In this document: positions 50,701 through 61,317 of the stretch, one piece after another
Layout: every line of letters begins with the position of its first letter
How positions within the stretch are numbered: the stretch's first letter is position 1
Source: a virus
Direction: 5' to 3' (one strand)
Length of the DNA: 64,000 bases
Virus record (IMG/VR): IMGVR_UViG_3300042303_000421
Location: 1-64,000 of that record
Program-made: the position numbers and the translations under genes
Notes under the pieces: generated by a model
Seen by the model: the letters and a program-made list of their open reading frames with translations, nothing else
The model's database searches: none
Told to the model about the DNA's origin: nothing

Positions 50701-53700
50701 ATACTGAAAAAGAATTAAAAGTTGCAGCACAACCTTTAAAAGGTGTGTATTTCTTTAGAGATAATAGTGGTAAACCTACATATCTTAAATATTCACAAGC
50801 AGTATTAACTAAATCATTAATACAAGATTCTGATTTAGAAAAAGTATTCAATCAGATGGAAGTTGATAATGTTGATGAATTGATTACTTTTGATGGTGTT
50901 AAAGTTGGAGCAATTGAACCAACTAAAATACATGATGAAAATGGTAATGTTGTTCAAGATATTAAATATAATGTACAAACACTATCTAATTATGGTTGGA
51001 AACTTCAACAAGATTTACCAACTAAAACATATAAAGATACTGATGTAGGTTCTCAGATTCAAAAAAATATATTTGCAGGATTATTACATTTACAAAACGA
51101 TACTAATTTTGAATTAGATGGTCAATTAGTAAGTGGTAAATATGTTAAAGATGAAATTGTTAAAACTATTACAGGTTTAACTAATCAAGGTTTAGAATCT
51201 CTTAAAAAAGAATTTAAAATTGATGATGATTTTAGAATTGGAGATATTTCAGGATTTTATAATGCATTAATTTCTGAATTACAAAAACGTGGTGGTTCTG
51301 AAAATGTTATTAAAGCATTACAATCAGAAGTTACAATTGTAGGTATTCCTCAATCATCTGAAAAGTTATTTAATATGTTTGCTTCAATTATGAATAGTAG
51401 ACTTGTTAAAATTAAAACTAATGGTGGTTCTTTTATTCAAATGAGTAACTTTGGTTTAAATAAATCTGAAGCTGATTCTAAAGGTGTTATATGGCATCCT
51501 GAAGCATTATCTACAGTACATGAACCACATATATATATTCATCCTGAAACATTAAGACCAACAGTAAGACCTGGTGGTGTTTTAATATCAGGAAGTTTTA
51601 TAGCTAAATATATTCCTAATTGGAAAAGTTATGATGAAGTAGAATTATTTGTAGGTAAAGATGGTAAACCACCAATTATAGATAAAAAAATACAAGATAA
51701 CATTATAGGTTATCGTATTCCTAATCAGGGTTTAGCTTCTAATGATGCTTTACAAATTGTAGGTATATTACCTGAAACATCTGGAGATACTATTGTAGCT
51801 TATACAGGTATTACTACTAAAACTGGTTCAGATTTTGACGTTGATAAAATGTATATAATGTTTCCATCTTATAATAAAAAAGACAAACAACTTATATATA
51901 AAGAAAATGATTTAGGTAACAGATTAATAGAATTATATAAATCTGTGTTAACACATCCTGAAGTTTATAAATCTGTAATGAAACCTATTGATATTGAATT
52001 TATTAAAAATGAAATTAATACTTTATTTCCAGAAACAGATTCTGTATTTATGAGTCATTTTGACCCAGAAGTAGATTTAAAACTTAGATATTATTTTTTA
52101 GGTGGTAAAGCTGGTGTTGGTCAAGAAGCTAATGCTTTAGTTGATATTAGTAGAGAAGGTAAACTTTCTTTAAATGATATTAAATATATAACTTGGGGTC
52201 ATCATAACACTGAAGGTGAAAGTGCTTTTGATTTTGAATATTCTGAAGAATTATCTGATAAAGACTTAGATTATTATGTTAAACAAATAGTTAAAAGTAC
52301 TGCTACTCAAAAAGAAATTGATGAATTTAAAAATGAATTACGTAAAGTAAAAGTAGGTGATTCATTAACAGCAATTCTTAATGCGTTTGTGGATATTGCA
52401 AAAGACCCATATATATCTAAAGGTAACTGGACAACAGCTACAACTAATATAGGTAATCTTTTATTACGTATTGGTGCACATCCTTTATATGTTGTTAACT
52501 TTTTAGCTAATCCTGTAATTGCAGAATATATTGAGTATTTAAAATCTAAAGAAGGTATTACTAATACTGAAAAAGATTTAGGTTCATTAGATAGTTTTAA
52601 AAAGTTTAAAAAACATATTGTTAAAACAGCTTTAAATGCTTCTACACCTGAAAGTTCAAATACTTTATTGGGTAATTTATATTTAGATTATTATAAAAAT
52701 TTTAATATTGATTGGCAAAAAGAAAAGCTTTCTCAAGATCTTAAAAATAATTTTGTAACTAAAGAACAATATGATAAAGAAATAATTAAATTAGATAATT
52801 CATTTAATACTTCAAAAACAAAAGTTAAAAAACTTTTAAAAGTTTCAGATGAAGAAATTACAAATATTATTAATTTAATGAATCAACAACATTCTAAAGT
52901 ATTTTTACATGAAAAATATAGTGTATTTAATAAAGATAGATTTGATTTAGAATATTTTAGAAATCAAGTAACTACAACTAAACCAGATTCTGAGTTTAGA
53001 ATGAATATTTTAAATACTTTTAAAGAATTAAATGAGTTTAGTAAGAATGTTAGAGAAAATGTAATGGTTTCTAAACTAGATACTGATGGTATGGGTAAAG
53101 ATCATAATAAATTATTCACAATATTTAATATGATACAAATTATTAATGATAAAGTTGAAAATAATGTACCAGGAGCTATTAAAGGCTTTAATAGTAAATT
53201 TGAAGGTACAACACTAGAAGCATATTATAATAGCTTAAAATGGGTTAAAAACGTTGTAGAAAGCAATCCTTTATTATTTCCTACAGGTACAATTCAAACT
53301 AGACAACAATTTAATGAAATTTCTCAAGATGTCTATAGTAGTTTATTAACTAATGAAGAAATGAGTAATGATTTAAGTAGAGAATATAATTCTTATTTAA
53401 TGGAACAATTCTTTAATATTACTAAAGAAGAAAAGTTAGATTTAATTGATAATTTACCTAATAGATTTAAAGAATTTAAAGAAGCTAATAAAGATAAGTA
53501 TTTTATACTTGATGAATTAACATTAGATATTCCTAAAAGTAAAAAACGTAAAGCTATTATTTCTTTAACTAATAGAAAGAAATCTAAAGCATATGAAAAA
53601 ATATTTACAGATTCTTGGAGAGATTTATTTATAGATAATCCTACATTAGCAGAAGATTTAGTTAAATATTCTTTTGTTACTTCAGGATTTAAAATGAATG

Positions 53701-55733
53701 CAACACAATTTTATACATACATACCATTTGAATATTTTGTTCAAAATCAAATTAATAGTAAAGTTAATGATATTATAAATAATAACACATTTGACTTTTT
53801 AGATAAGTTTTACTTAAATAAATTAGAAAATAAAAAATATGTTAAAAAAGTATTTGATAATAATTTAAATTTAGCAATTGGTACTAATGTTGTTAAAAAA
53901 GACAATGGTTTTAAATTAGAAAAAGGTTCTAAGTATTATGTAGAATTAGAAGTTAAAATTCCAGATAATGCTCCTGCTGATTTTGTACCAAAACTTAAAT
54001 ATTATAAATTGGTTGGTTTTAATAAAAATGAAGACGGATTATATGTTAGAATTAATAATACACCATTATCTTTAAATAAACGTAAATTAACAGACTATAG
54101 TGATAATATATTTGATGATGTTATTAATGAAGAAACACAATACATTAAATCACAAGTAATATTTGATAGAAATATGAATAAAATAAATGATATTGTTGAT
54201 GATGTTATTGAAACTACAGAAGTTCAACCTCAAGTTCAACCTCAATCTAATAAAATATTATTTAAAGAAGAACTAACATTAGGATATAAAAATAGAACTA
54301 TTAAAAATGCTAGTGCAGATGCTACAATAGCAATAGCAATAGATTTTAATAGTGCTGGAGAAAGATTAACTAAATCATCTGTATTAAGTCAAAATAAAAA
54401 ATATATTTCTTTAGATGCTAGTAATTTAACTGTTACACAAGAAAGAGTTGATAAAATAGTAGAACAATTAAACTCTGCTAAAGAATATACTTCTGAAAAT
54501 ATAACTTCTTTAAAACCAAATGAAGTATTTGTATTTGGTAGTAATGCAGAAGGAGTTCATGGAAAAGGTGCTGCATTATTAGCTAAAACTAATTTTGGAG
54601 CTAAACAAAGTCAATCAGAAGGATTACAAGGACAATCTTATGCAGTTATTACAAAGAAAAACTGGAGAGTTGAAAAATCTTCTACATTAGAAGAAATTGG
54701 TAAAGGACTACAAGATATGTTACTATTTGCTAAACAAAATCCAGACAAGAAATTTTTAGTTACTAAACTTGGTAGTTCATTAGCAGGATATTCAGTAGAA
54801 GAAATTAAAGAATTATTTGAGAAATTAAAAAATATTATTCCAAATAATGTTATTTTACCTAAAGAATATGAAATTAGAGGAATAACTTTAAATATTGCTG
54901 GTAATGGTATTTATACTATGAAAGGTAAATATACTCAGCAGCAAGTTGATGATTTTACATATAATTTATTAAAAGCTGTTATTGAATCTCCAAATCTTAA
55001 AACTAAAATAGAAAGTATTAGAAGTGGTGGTCAAACAGGTTTTGATGAAGCAGGTACAAAAGCAGGTATTAAATTAGGTTTACCAACATTAACTTTAGCT
55101 CCTAAAGGTTGGACTTTTAGAGATATAACAGGTAAAGATATTTCTAATGAACAACAGTTTAAAGCTAGATTTGGTGAAGTAATTACTCAACAACCTCAAT
55201 TAGTTGAAAATATTTATAATCAATTAGGAAATAAAACAGTTTCTAATAATGTAGAAATATTAGATTGGAAAGACTTAAAAGAATATGATGCACCAATTGA
55301 AAAAGATCTTGAAGGAAATTTAGAATTTATTATTTCTACCAGAATACCTAAAGTTTTTAATCATTTTGGAAATCCTTTTAGTCATGATCCAGCAGGTAAA
55401 ACTCAAGGATTAATTAAAACAGAAACTATAAAAGAAGCTGTTGAAAAATATATTGATTGGGTTATTAATTCAAAAGATGATAGAGCTGAATGGATTAGAA
55501 AACAAATTCAATCAGGTAAATTAAAAGGTCTACCTATTTTGTACTATAAAGAATTAAATCAACCTTCTCACGCTACAGCTTTAGATTATTTAATAAATAA
55601 ACATAATTGGAATATTGAAACAAATAATCAACCATCTCAATTATCTTTATTTCCAGAATTATCTGAACAAGAATTTAATAACTTAACTGAAGAAGAACGA
55701 GCTACAATTTTGTGGCAAAAAAATAATTGTTAA
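47751..55733 (+). CDS. Virion-packaged DNA-dependent RNA polymerase with C-terminal accessory domains
   Basis: YRIPNQ and GSDFDVDK (DxDxD at 51831-51845), D..KR, AD.Q, KVG motifs like the crAss-like phi14:2 gp66 family. Confidence 0.92.
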   Translation: MKCKRIAYTGKAESILFDTIYDKIANQNEKVAEELFAYFGKESFIEDFGDYLQDYKNNKYDSNRIDENGEPALFYDDTAKKHYYLNKNNEKVYFPLVDRGLRAIYSYKQIAKIKSRLALNYFKNSGLDFNNIEFSEGESLPNLRNFIIKEITDKATELKEQGGVSLLKARSLERSLKYVDELVENVENFFRELSIEIIENEEDTSFLEEEGRDPSFNQHSAERNTKDNISANVKLRLSLLEDPNTLDPIWNEPTFLDRDMVYSTLQSVLSNEIALPSEDLFENYKTYLSRVQDKKPYLKGLLEYLNKVTSENQKSEFVQAFNLIKNNHIVTQFEITKRVVNEETGETEMFVEHRSLPISDTGSKITVVKDAWDINFQNNFLTADNTLKTGSIERLNKASNVLKQYFKDSELLTEDNVEGFEILANKSIKFLETLGVNLTKEGFDNFIDNFGKDITFNDRLKNLKTLINQTEYVVNGIKTKYSYKSEDYSSFIGLSQTLTKLASSEAFFLNEGSDATIVTSSSTGKSKQKWIYSYPSYVSTKVKQWKKNPKLLLDLYKSGNYQLGSFYMGVLTGTINNKGEKLNLEEKDQLELSKKILEGLDVAIMNQMSSDSEYKETTNLSYKDYLVDYVNKVLKEDDFIRTTTPADKTTELQIKTGIRLNSFNGLNQDKKINIRPRTLDIFFNYFSSEYNRMLEANQDVINAETNPEKYKLTPHYHYQYEIKDKNGNKIINPNPYDKSGNAFKSQYFEKLSPNSKGQTNLEDQITNLLYDNKGNFNFQKLTRESSEELNSLFNQYITTNLRSRIEQTISYLQANEVFIRNKEGIIVPNKIDSKILTSGAYRNVSAAQKAIAFATDFIINGLVSNVEYSKMFTGDVAFYKNMVDYKKRVPASYTDGLQLRITQGNEFFNIATIESVYRKSPFYDLLVESLSEEGARPYENINSADAQAWITPKRWKFLIQALGKWTKVHDEVYKKMISNNIEQYTEKELKVAAQPLKGVYFFRDNSGKPTYLKYSQAVLTKSLIQDSDLEKVFNQMEVDNVDELITFDGVKVGAIEPTKIHDENGNVVQDIKYNVQTLSNYGWKLQQDLPTKTYKDTDVGSQIQKNIFAGLLHLQNDTNFELDGQLVSGKYVKDEIVKTITGLTNQGLESLKKEFKIDDDFRIGDISGFYNALISELQKRGGSENVIKALQSEVTIVGIPQSSEKLFNMFASIMNSRLVKIKTNGGSFIQMSNFGLNKSEADSKGVIWHPEALSTVHEPHIYIHPETLRPTVRPGGVLISGSFIAKYIPNWKSYDEVELFVGKDGKPPIIDKKIQDNIIGYRIPNQGLASNDALQIVGILPETSGDTIVAYTGITTKTGSDFDVDKMYIMFPSYNKKDKQLIYKENDLGNRLIELYKSVLTHPEVYKSVMKPIDIEFIKNEINTLFPETDSVFMSHFDPEVDLKLRYYFLGGKAGVGQEANALVDISREGKLSLNDIKYITWGHHNTEGESAFDFEYSEELSDKDLDYYVKQIVKSTATQKEIDEFKNELRKVKVGDSLTAILNAFVDIAKDPYISKGNWTTATTNIGNLLLRIGAHPLYVVNFLANPVIAEYIEYLKSKEGITNTEKDLGSLDSFKKFKKHIVKTALNASTPESSNTLLGNLYLDYYKNFNIDWQKEKLSQDLKNNFVTKEQYDKEIIKLDNSFNTSKTKVKKLLKVSDEEITNIINLMNQQHSKVFLHEKYSVFNKDRFDLEYFRNQVTTTKPDSEFRMNILNTFKELNEFSKNVRENVMVSKLDTDGMGKDHNKLFTIFNMIQIINDKVENNVPGAIKGFNSKFEGTTLEAYYNSLKWVKNVVESNPLLFPTGTIQTRQQFNEISQDVYSSLLTNEEMSNDLSREYNSYLMEQFFNITKEEKLDLIDNLPNRFKEFKEANKDKYFILDELTLDIPKSKKRKAIISLTNRKKSKAYEKIFTDSWRDLFIDNPTLAEDLVKYSFVTSGFKMNATQFYTYIPFEYFVQNQINSKVNDIINNNTFDFLDKFYLNKLENKKYVKKVFDNNLNLAIGTNVVKKDNGFKLEKGSKYYVELEVKIPDNAPADFVPKLKYYKLVGFNKNEDGLYVRINNTPLSLNKRKLTDYSDNIFDDVINEETQYIKSQVIFDRNMNKINDIVDDVIETTEVQPQVQPQSNKILFKEELTLGYKNRTIKNASADATIAIAIDFNSAGERLTKSSVLSQNKKYISLDASNLTVTQERVDKIVEQLNSAKEYTSENITSLKPNEVFVFGSNAEGVHGKGAALLAKTNFGAKQSQSEGLQGQSYAVITKKNWRVEKSSTLEEIGKGLQDMLLFAKQNPDKKFLVTKLGSSLAGYSVEEIKELFEKLKNIIPNNVILPKEYEIRGITLNIAGNGIYTMKGKYTQQQVDDFTYNLLKAVIESPNLKTKIESIRSGGQTGFDEAGTKAGIKLGLPTLTLAPKGWTFRDITGKDISNEQQFKARFGEVITQQPQLVENIYNQLGNKTVSNNVEILDWKDLKEYDAPIEKDLEGNLEFIISTRIPKVFNHFGNPFSHDPAGKTQGLIKTETIKEAVEKYIDWVINSKDDRAEWIRKQIQSGKLKGLPILYYKELNQPSHATALDYLINKHNWNIETNNQPSQLSLFPELSEQEFNNLTEEERATILWQKNNC

Positions 55734-55734
55734 T

Positions 55735-58700
55735 ATGAATTGTATAAACATAAACGACTCAAAGTATAAAGAGTTATTAGAACAAACAAAATTAAATCCA
55801 TTAATCCTGAAGGCTAGAATTTCTATCTTTCAGGATAAAAATGGTTTAGAATCATTTCCTAAATTAGAAGATGTTATTCAATCTAATGAAGTTAATCAAA
55901 GTTTAAAATCTGTTGATATATTATCTTCTGATAAAGCAAAACAAATTTTTGAAAAAGGTAAAAAGTCTAATTGGGATTTAAATAAAATTTTAACAGAGCT
56001 GCAGATCCCTAAAGATCAAAAACAATTAATATTGGATTTAGATAAAACTAATAGAGAAGAAATCATTACAGACCTATTAGCTAAATATAGTTATACTATT
56101 GAGATTAATACTGCTAAAGAACAAATTAAAACTGGTACAAAAAAAGTTCAAGGTTCTCCTATTAAGTATTATTCAAAATCTGAAAATAGATATTATAGAG
56201 ATACTGAAGAATTAGGATGGATTAGTTCTGATGAAAATAATAAAAATCAAGAAGTAGATGTTCAAACACCAGAAGATTTAGAACCAATTGAATTTGATAC
56301 TTATAATATTGATACTTTTTCAGAATTAGAAACTAAACATTACTCTAACCTAACAGTTCCAGGTGGTACTAATTATACAGAAAATGAAATATCTACTCCA
56401 TTAATTACACCTAGTATTAAAGGTCATGCTCAATTTAGTACTGATAAAGGTATAGGTTGGTTTAGAAGTGACGAGCAGCAATCTAATAATGACTTAGAAG
56501 AACAAAGAGAAGAAGAAGAATATCAGATAGCTAATAATCCAAACTATGTAAAAGGAAGTATTCAATTTGAAAAGGGAGAGGGCTCTAAAACTCGTAGAAT
56601 ACTAGAAGTACAATCAGATTTATTTCAGAAGGGTAGAGATAAAGATTATTTGCCTAAATATCCTTTTAAAAGCAATGATAATAAATTTCTTCAACTTCTA
56701 AACAAAGATAATAATTGGGTAACATTCTTTGTTAAATCTATTATACAAGATAGTGTTAAGAAAGGATATGAAAAAATATTATTTCCTTCTGGTAATACAG
56801 CTAGTAAAGTGGAAGGTCATACTACTTTAGAAGAGTTTAAGAAACAGAAAGAAGATAGGTTAAAAGAGCTTGAGGATAAAGTTAATAAAGGTAGATATGT
56901 ACTTACTGATAATACTGGGTTTCCAATGGGTATAGCTCCAATAGATTCTGACATCAATGTATTAAAAAGTAATAATCCAACATTAAAAATTGAAAAAGAG
57001 TCTTTGACGCAAAAAGAATTAGATGATACAAATAATGAAATAAACCAACTTAAACAAGAACTTGAAAGAGTAGAAGGACCAGAAGGATTTGGTGCATTAA
57101 AACCTATCTATAACTTCTATGAGAACACTGTAAAGAATGTTCTTAATAAACAATATGGTAAAGAAAATGTAAAACAAGTTACTGATGAATATGGTAATAC
57201 TTGGAATGAATTAACTTTAGAAGAAAGTAGAGATACTTCAACTATTTTATTTAATAAAAAAGATTTAAATGATTTTGTTGGAGATAATTCAAAACCTTTT
57301 TTTCCAGAAAGTACAACAAATCAACCTCAAGTAAATAATAGATTTCAAATAAATAAAGAATTATTATTTAATGATAAAAATATTAATAATTCTTTTAAAG
57401 CTAAAGATGTATTACAAAATATAATTAATTCTAATTTAGAATTTTCAGATGCTGGTAATAATTTAGTATTTAAAGCAATGAATGTTTTAAATCGTTCTAA
57501 TAGTAGAGTTAAAGTTATTAGTCAAGAACAATTTGATAAAATGACTGAAAATTCTGAAGGGAACGGAACTGCTGTAATGGCTTATGAATCAGAATTAAAT
57601 GTTATTTATACGACAGAAAATTCTTTAAGTATTTTTACAAAAGAACAAATATTAGAATCATTTTTACATGAAGTTGCTCACAATTTAAGTATTAAAGCAA
57701 TTATTAATCCTGTAACTTTTGAAGAAATACAATTTAATGAATTAATTAAAAAAGCATTTGAACAATATAAATATTTAGGTAAAAATTTAAAAGGTTCCAA
57801 AAGCTATGGTTTTACAAATGAAAAAGAATTTGTAGCAGAATTATATTCTAATGAAGAATTTCAAAATGAAATTAAATCATTAGATAAAAACTTTTGGCAA
57901 CAATTTAAAGACGCTATTAGAAGATTATTTGGATTAACTAAATCATTACAAAATAATGAATTAATTAATAGTATTTTATTAATTGAAAATGTTGAAAAAT
58001 TTATTGAAACTAGTCAACAATCTTTAGACGGTTTAGCTAGAAATGATTATTCAAACTCTTTTAATAACATAATGTTTAAAAAAATAGAACAACCTAAAGA
58101 AATTGAATTAGATACTTTAGATAAACAATTAAATTATACTATTGAAAAAGCGTTAGATAAAATTGATGCAATTATTCGTAGAACCAAAAAATCTAAAAAT
58201 TCTAAAAACAAACAAGATAATGAAGCTTTTGTAAAATCTTTTACTGAATTATTTAAAGAAATTGAAACTTTAGAAAATACTAATAAATGGCAAGCTGTTA
58301 ATGCATACGTTACTTCATTTTCAAAAACAGTATTTCATTTAAATCAAATGTTAAAAACTAAATTATATAATAAAGATACTGAAACATTTAATAAAGATAT
58401 AAGTTCTGAAGAAATGTTAGACTTATCTTATAGATATGAAGAATATCTTACTGCGTATGATTTATTAGAAGATATTAAAAAGTTATTACAAACAAGTGAA
58501 ACTGATGAATTTGTTACTAAACAAAATCAGATAGAAATAAATAAAATTAAAGATATTTTAGCTAATTTAACTAAAGATCATAATAGTTTAACTGGAATAA
58601 TATTAAATATTAAAAAAGCACATGCTGTAAAAATGATGTCTGAAGCTGATTTAAATACAGAAGTTGTTGCTAAATGGAGAAATAAATTATTTCAAGAACA

Positions 58701-61260
58701 TACTGATTTAAAAATTACAAATGAAACCAAAGAAGCTTATTTTGGTAGAATGATTGAAGGTAAATATAAAGATGAATATAATAAAGCTTTAGTTGCTAAT
58801 GCTCGTAAAATAGTTAATGATCCATCTTTTGATATTGAAAGTGTTACTCGTTCTGTTGTAGATATTTTAAACACCAATTCACCATTATTAAACATGATGT
58901 CTAATGTAATTGGTAAAATGAGAGATTCTATTATTTCCGCAGCAAGAACTAAAAATTTTGAAATAGATAAAGTTTATAAAAAATATTCTGCTGAAAAAGG
59001 TCAAAATAAACAATCTCAAATGTATAAAAATCTTGTAGAATTATCTAAATCAGATGATAGATATTATTTACATGGAGAATATTCTACAACATATTTAGAT
59101 TCATTTAATAGTTTACAACCTGTATTTAAAGCACGTAAAGAGTTAGTAGCTTTAAAATTAGCAGAAGGTTTAACTAATTCACAAATTAAAAAATTACCTG
59201 AGTATAAACTTTTAAATAAACAAATAGCAAATTGGTTTAAAGCAAACACTATTAAAGTTGATGGTATTACTTATCCAAATCCTAAATATAAAAATAAAGA
59301 ATTAACAGGTATTGAAAAAGAAACATTAGATTATTTTATTTATGAAACTGAAAAAAATGATGATTCTTATAATGGTACAGCATCTTTAATAACTTTAATA
59401 CCTGGAGCTACATTTTATAAATTACCTTCAGTTACTAAAAGTGATTTAGAACGTACATTAGAAGGTGATATTAAAGGTCAGTTTGTAGATAAATGGAAAG
59501 ATTTAAATGAAGTACGTGTTGATGATGTTAGTTATGGTGAAGCAATTAATAATAAAAATGAAGAATTACGTACTGTAAGAGTTCATTATAGAGGTAAAAT
59601 AGAATCTAAAAATCAATCATTAGATTTATTTACAGTTTATCGTAAAGAAGCTTTTAATGCAATTAATTATGCTGAAAAGAAAGAAAATGAATATAAACTT
59701 AAATTGTTTGTAGATATTGCTTCTAGTAAACAATATAAGAAACGTTCAAAATCAGGAGGATGGGCTCAAAATGTATTTGCAACTAAACAACCAGGTGTTA
59801 TTGTAGAAGGTGAATTTAGTGAAGAATTAAAACGTATTAAAGGTTTACTTGAAAGTACTGCTTATGATATTTTATCATATAATGGACAAAAAGTATTAGG
59901 TACTAATATTGAAGCAAATAAATTATCATCATTAATTAATGGTACAGCAGCAAGTATTGCAATGACAATGAACTTAGGTTCTGGTGTAGTCAACGTAATG
60001 AACGGTGTTACACAAATGTTTATTGAATCTGTTGGTGGTAGAAATTTTAAAAAAGCAGATTTATTAAAAGCTGAAGCTAATTATAGTAAAAACTTAATGA
60101 ATATTTTAGCTGATTTAAATGAACCTGTTAAAAAATCATTTCATAATCAAATGTTAGAAATGTTTGATGTATTTGGAGGTTTTGATGTTTCTACTCAAGA
60201 ATTTTTAAGAAATTCATATGCTAAGAAATTAATTTCCAAACAACAAATGAATATGTTAAATGAAATGGGTGAACATATGATGAACTCAGTTTTAACAGAA
60301 GTTATGTTAAGAGGAATTAAAGTAATGAATGAACAGCGTCAATTTATTGATAAATCAGGAAATGTTGTAGAAGAATCAAAAGCTGCTTCATTATTTGATA
60401 TGTTATCTTTAAATAAAGATGGTGTTTTAGAAATGGATAGTAAAGTTGTTTATACTCTTAAAAATTTAGATTCTAAATATCATGAAAGTGGTAAATATCA
60501 TATTAATTATGTTATTAAGAAAAAAGCTCATGATATATTTGGTGTTTATGATCCATTAATGAAAGCTGAAATAGCTAAACATTGGTGGGGTAAAACAGTT
60601 TTAATGTTTAAGAACTTCTTTTTATCAGGACTTAAATACAGATATCAAGGTATTAGTAAATCTTTAAAGAAAAAAGAAGATTTAACTGATGATGATATAG
60701 TATTTAATAACGCTGAACAGGAGTTCACAGAAGGTACTTATGTTACTTTTATTAGATTTGTACGTAATGTTGTTTTTCCTGCATTAAAAGGGCTACAATT
60801 AGCTCATATGAGTGATGGTTATAATAAGTTAACAGACTATGAAAAAGCTAATTTAAGAAAAACTACATTAGAAGTAGGTTTAACTATGGTATTGTTACCG
60901 ATGTTAGGTTACTTATTAGCATCTCTTGGTGGAGATGATGATGATAAACCATATTTTGCATTATATGTATTTAGAAGATTAGAGTCAGAACTTTCACAAT
61001 ATAGAAATCCTATAGAGTTAAATAGAATGATTCAAAATCCTGTAGCAGCTAATAGATTTATTCAAAATTCATTAAATGCTTTAGGTGAAATAATTACACC
61101 ACTTAATTTTAATCCTGGAAATAATGAATATTTGTTTGATTATTTAAGTGAAGATTCTAAAGGTAAAAATAAAGTAGTTAAATCTATTAAGAAAATTACA
61201 CCATTTTATGCTCAATTTCAAAAACCATATAGAGAAATGCATAATCTTATAAATAAATAA
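55735..61260 (+). CDS. Large polyvalent virion protein with zincin-like metallopeptidase domain
   Basis: HEVAH (57667-57681) plus downstream EFVAE; hydrophobic C-terminal region. Confidence 0.7.
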   Translation: MNCININDSKYKELLEQTKLNPLILKARISIFQDKNGLESFPKLEDVIQSNEVNQSLKSVDILSSDKAKQIFEKGKKSNWDLNKILTELQIPKDQKQLILDLDKTNREEIITDLLAKYSYTIEINTAKEQIKTGTKKVQGSPIKYYSKSENRYYRDTEELGWISSDENNKNQEVDVQTPEDLEPIEFDTYNIDTFSELETKHYSNLTVPGGTNYTENEISTPLITPSIKGHAQFSTDKGIGWFRSDEQQSNNDLEEQREEEEYQIANNPNYVKGSIQFEKGEGSKTRRILEVQSDLFQKGRDKDYLPKYPFKSNDNKFLQLLNKDNNWVTFFVKSIIQDSVKKGYEKILFPSGNTASKVEGHTTLEEFKKQKEDRLKELEDKVNKGRYVLTDNTGFPMGIAPIDSDINVLKSNNPTLKIEKESLTQKELDDTNNEINQLKQELERVEGPEGFGALKPIYNFYENTVKNVLNKQYGKENVKQVTDEYGNTWNELTLEESRDTSTILFNKKDLNDFVGDNSKPFFPESTTNQPQVNNRFQINKELLFNDKNINNSFKAKDVLQNIINSNLEFSDAGNNLVFKAMNVLNRSNSRVKVISQEQFDKMTENSEGNGTAVMAYESELNVIYTTENSLSIFTKEQILESFLHEVAHNLSIKAIINPVTFEEIQFNELIKKAFEQYKYLGKNLKGSKSYGFTNEKEFVAELYSNEEFQNEIKSLDKNFWQQFKDAIRRLFGLTKSLQNNELINSILLIENVEKFIETSQQSLDGLARNDYSNSFNNIMFKKIEQPKEIELDTLDKQLNYTIEKALDKIDAIIRRTKKSKNSKNKQDNEAFVKSFTELFKEIETLENTNKWQAVNAYVTSFSKTVFHLNQMLKTKLYNKDTETFNKDISSEEMLDLSYRYEEYLTAYDLLEDIKKLLQTSETDEFVTKQNQIEINKIKDILANLTKDHNSLTGIILNIKKAHAVKMMSEADLNTEVVAKWRNKLFQEHTDLKITNETKEAYFGRMIEGKYKDEYNKALVANARKIVNDPSFDIESVTRSVVDILNTNSPLLNMMSNVIGKMRDSIISAARTKNFEIDKVYKKYSAEKGQNKQSQMYKNLVELSKSDDRYYLHGEYSTTYLDSFNSLQPVFKARKELVALKLAEGLTNSQIKKLPEYKLLNKQIANWFKANTIKVDGITYPNPKYKNKELTGIEKETLDYFIYETEKNDDSYNGTASLITLIPGATFYKLPSVTKSDLERTLEGDIKGQFVDKWKDLNEVRVDDVSYGEAINNKNEELRTVRVHYRGKIESKNQSLDLFTVYRKEAFNAINYAEKKENEYKLKLFVDIASSKQYKKRSKSGGWAQNVFATKQPGVIVEGEFSEELKRIKGLLESTAYDILSYNGQKVLGTNIEANKLSSLINGTAASIAMTMNLGSGVVNVMNGVTQMFIESVGGRNFKKADLLKAEANYSKNLMNILADLNEPVKKSFHNQMLEMFDVFGGFDVSTQEFLRNSYAKKLISKQQMNMLNEMGEHMMNSVLTEVMLRGIKVMNEQRQFIDKSGNVVEESKAASLFDMLSLNKDGVLEMDSKVVYTLKNLDSKYHESGKYHINYVIKKKAHDIFGVYDPLMKAEIAKHWWGKTVLMFKNFFLSGLKYRYQGISKSLKKKEDLTDDDIVFNNAEQEFTEGTYVTFIRFVRNVVFPALKGLQLAHMSDGYNKLTDYEKANLRKTTLEVGLTMVLLPMLGYLLASLGGDDDDKPYFALYVFRRLESELSQYRNPIELNRMIQNPVAANRFIQNSLNALGEIITPLNFNPGNNEYLFDYLSEDSKGKNKVVKSIKKITPFYAQFQKPYREMHNLINK

Positions 61261-61267
61261 AAGGTCT

Positions 61268-61313
61268 AAAAAAACCCTACTACGACTCGTTTGAGTTATA
61301 GTAGGGTTTTTTT
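61268..61313. terminator. Bidirectional intrinsic terminator
   Basis: A-run, CCCTACTA...TAGTAGGG stem, T-run, between convergent arms. Confidence 0.9.
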
Positions 61314-61317
61314 GTTT

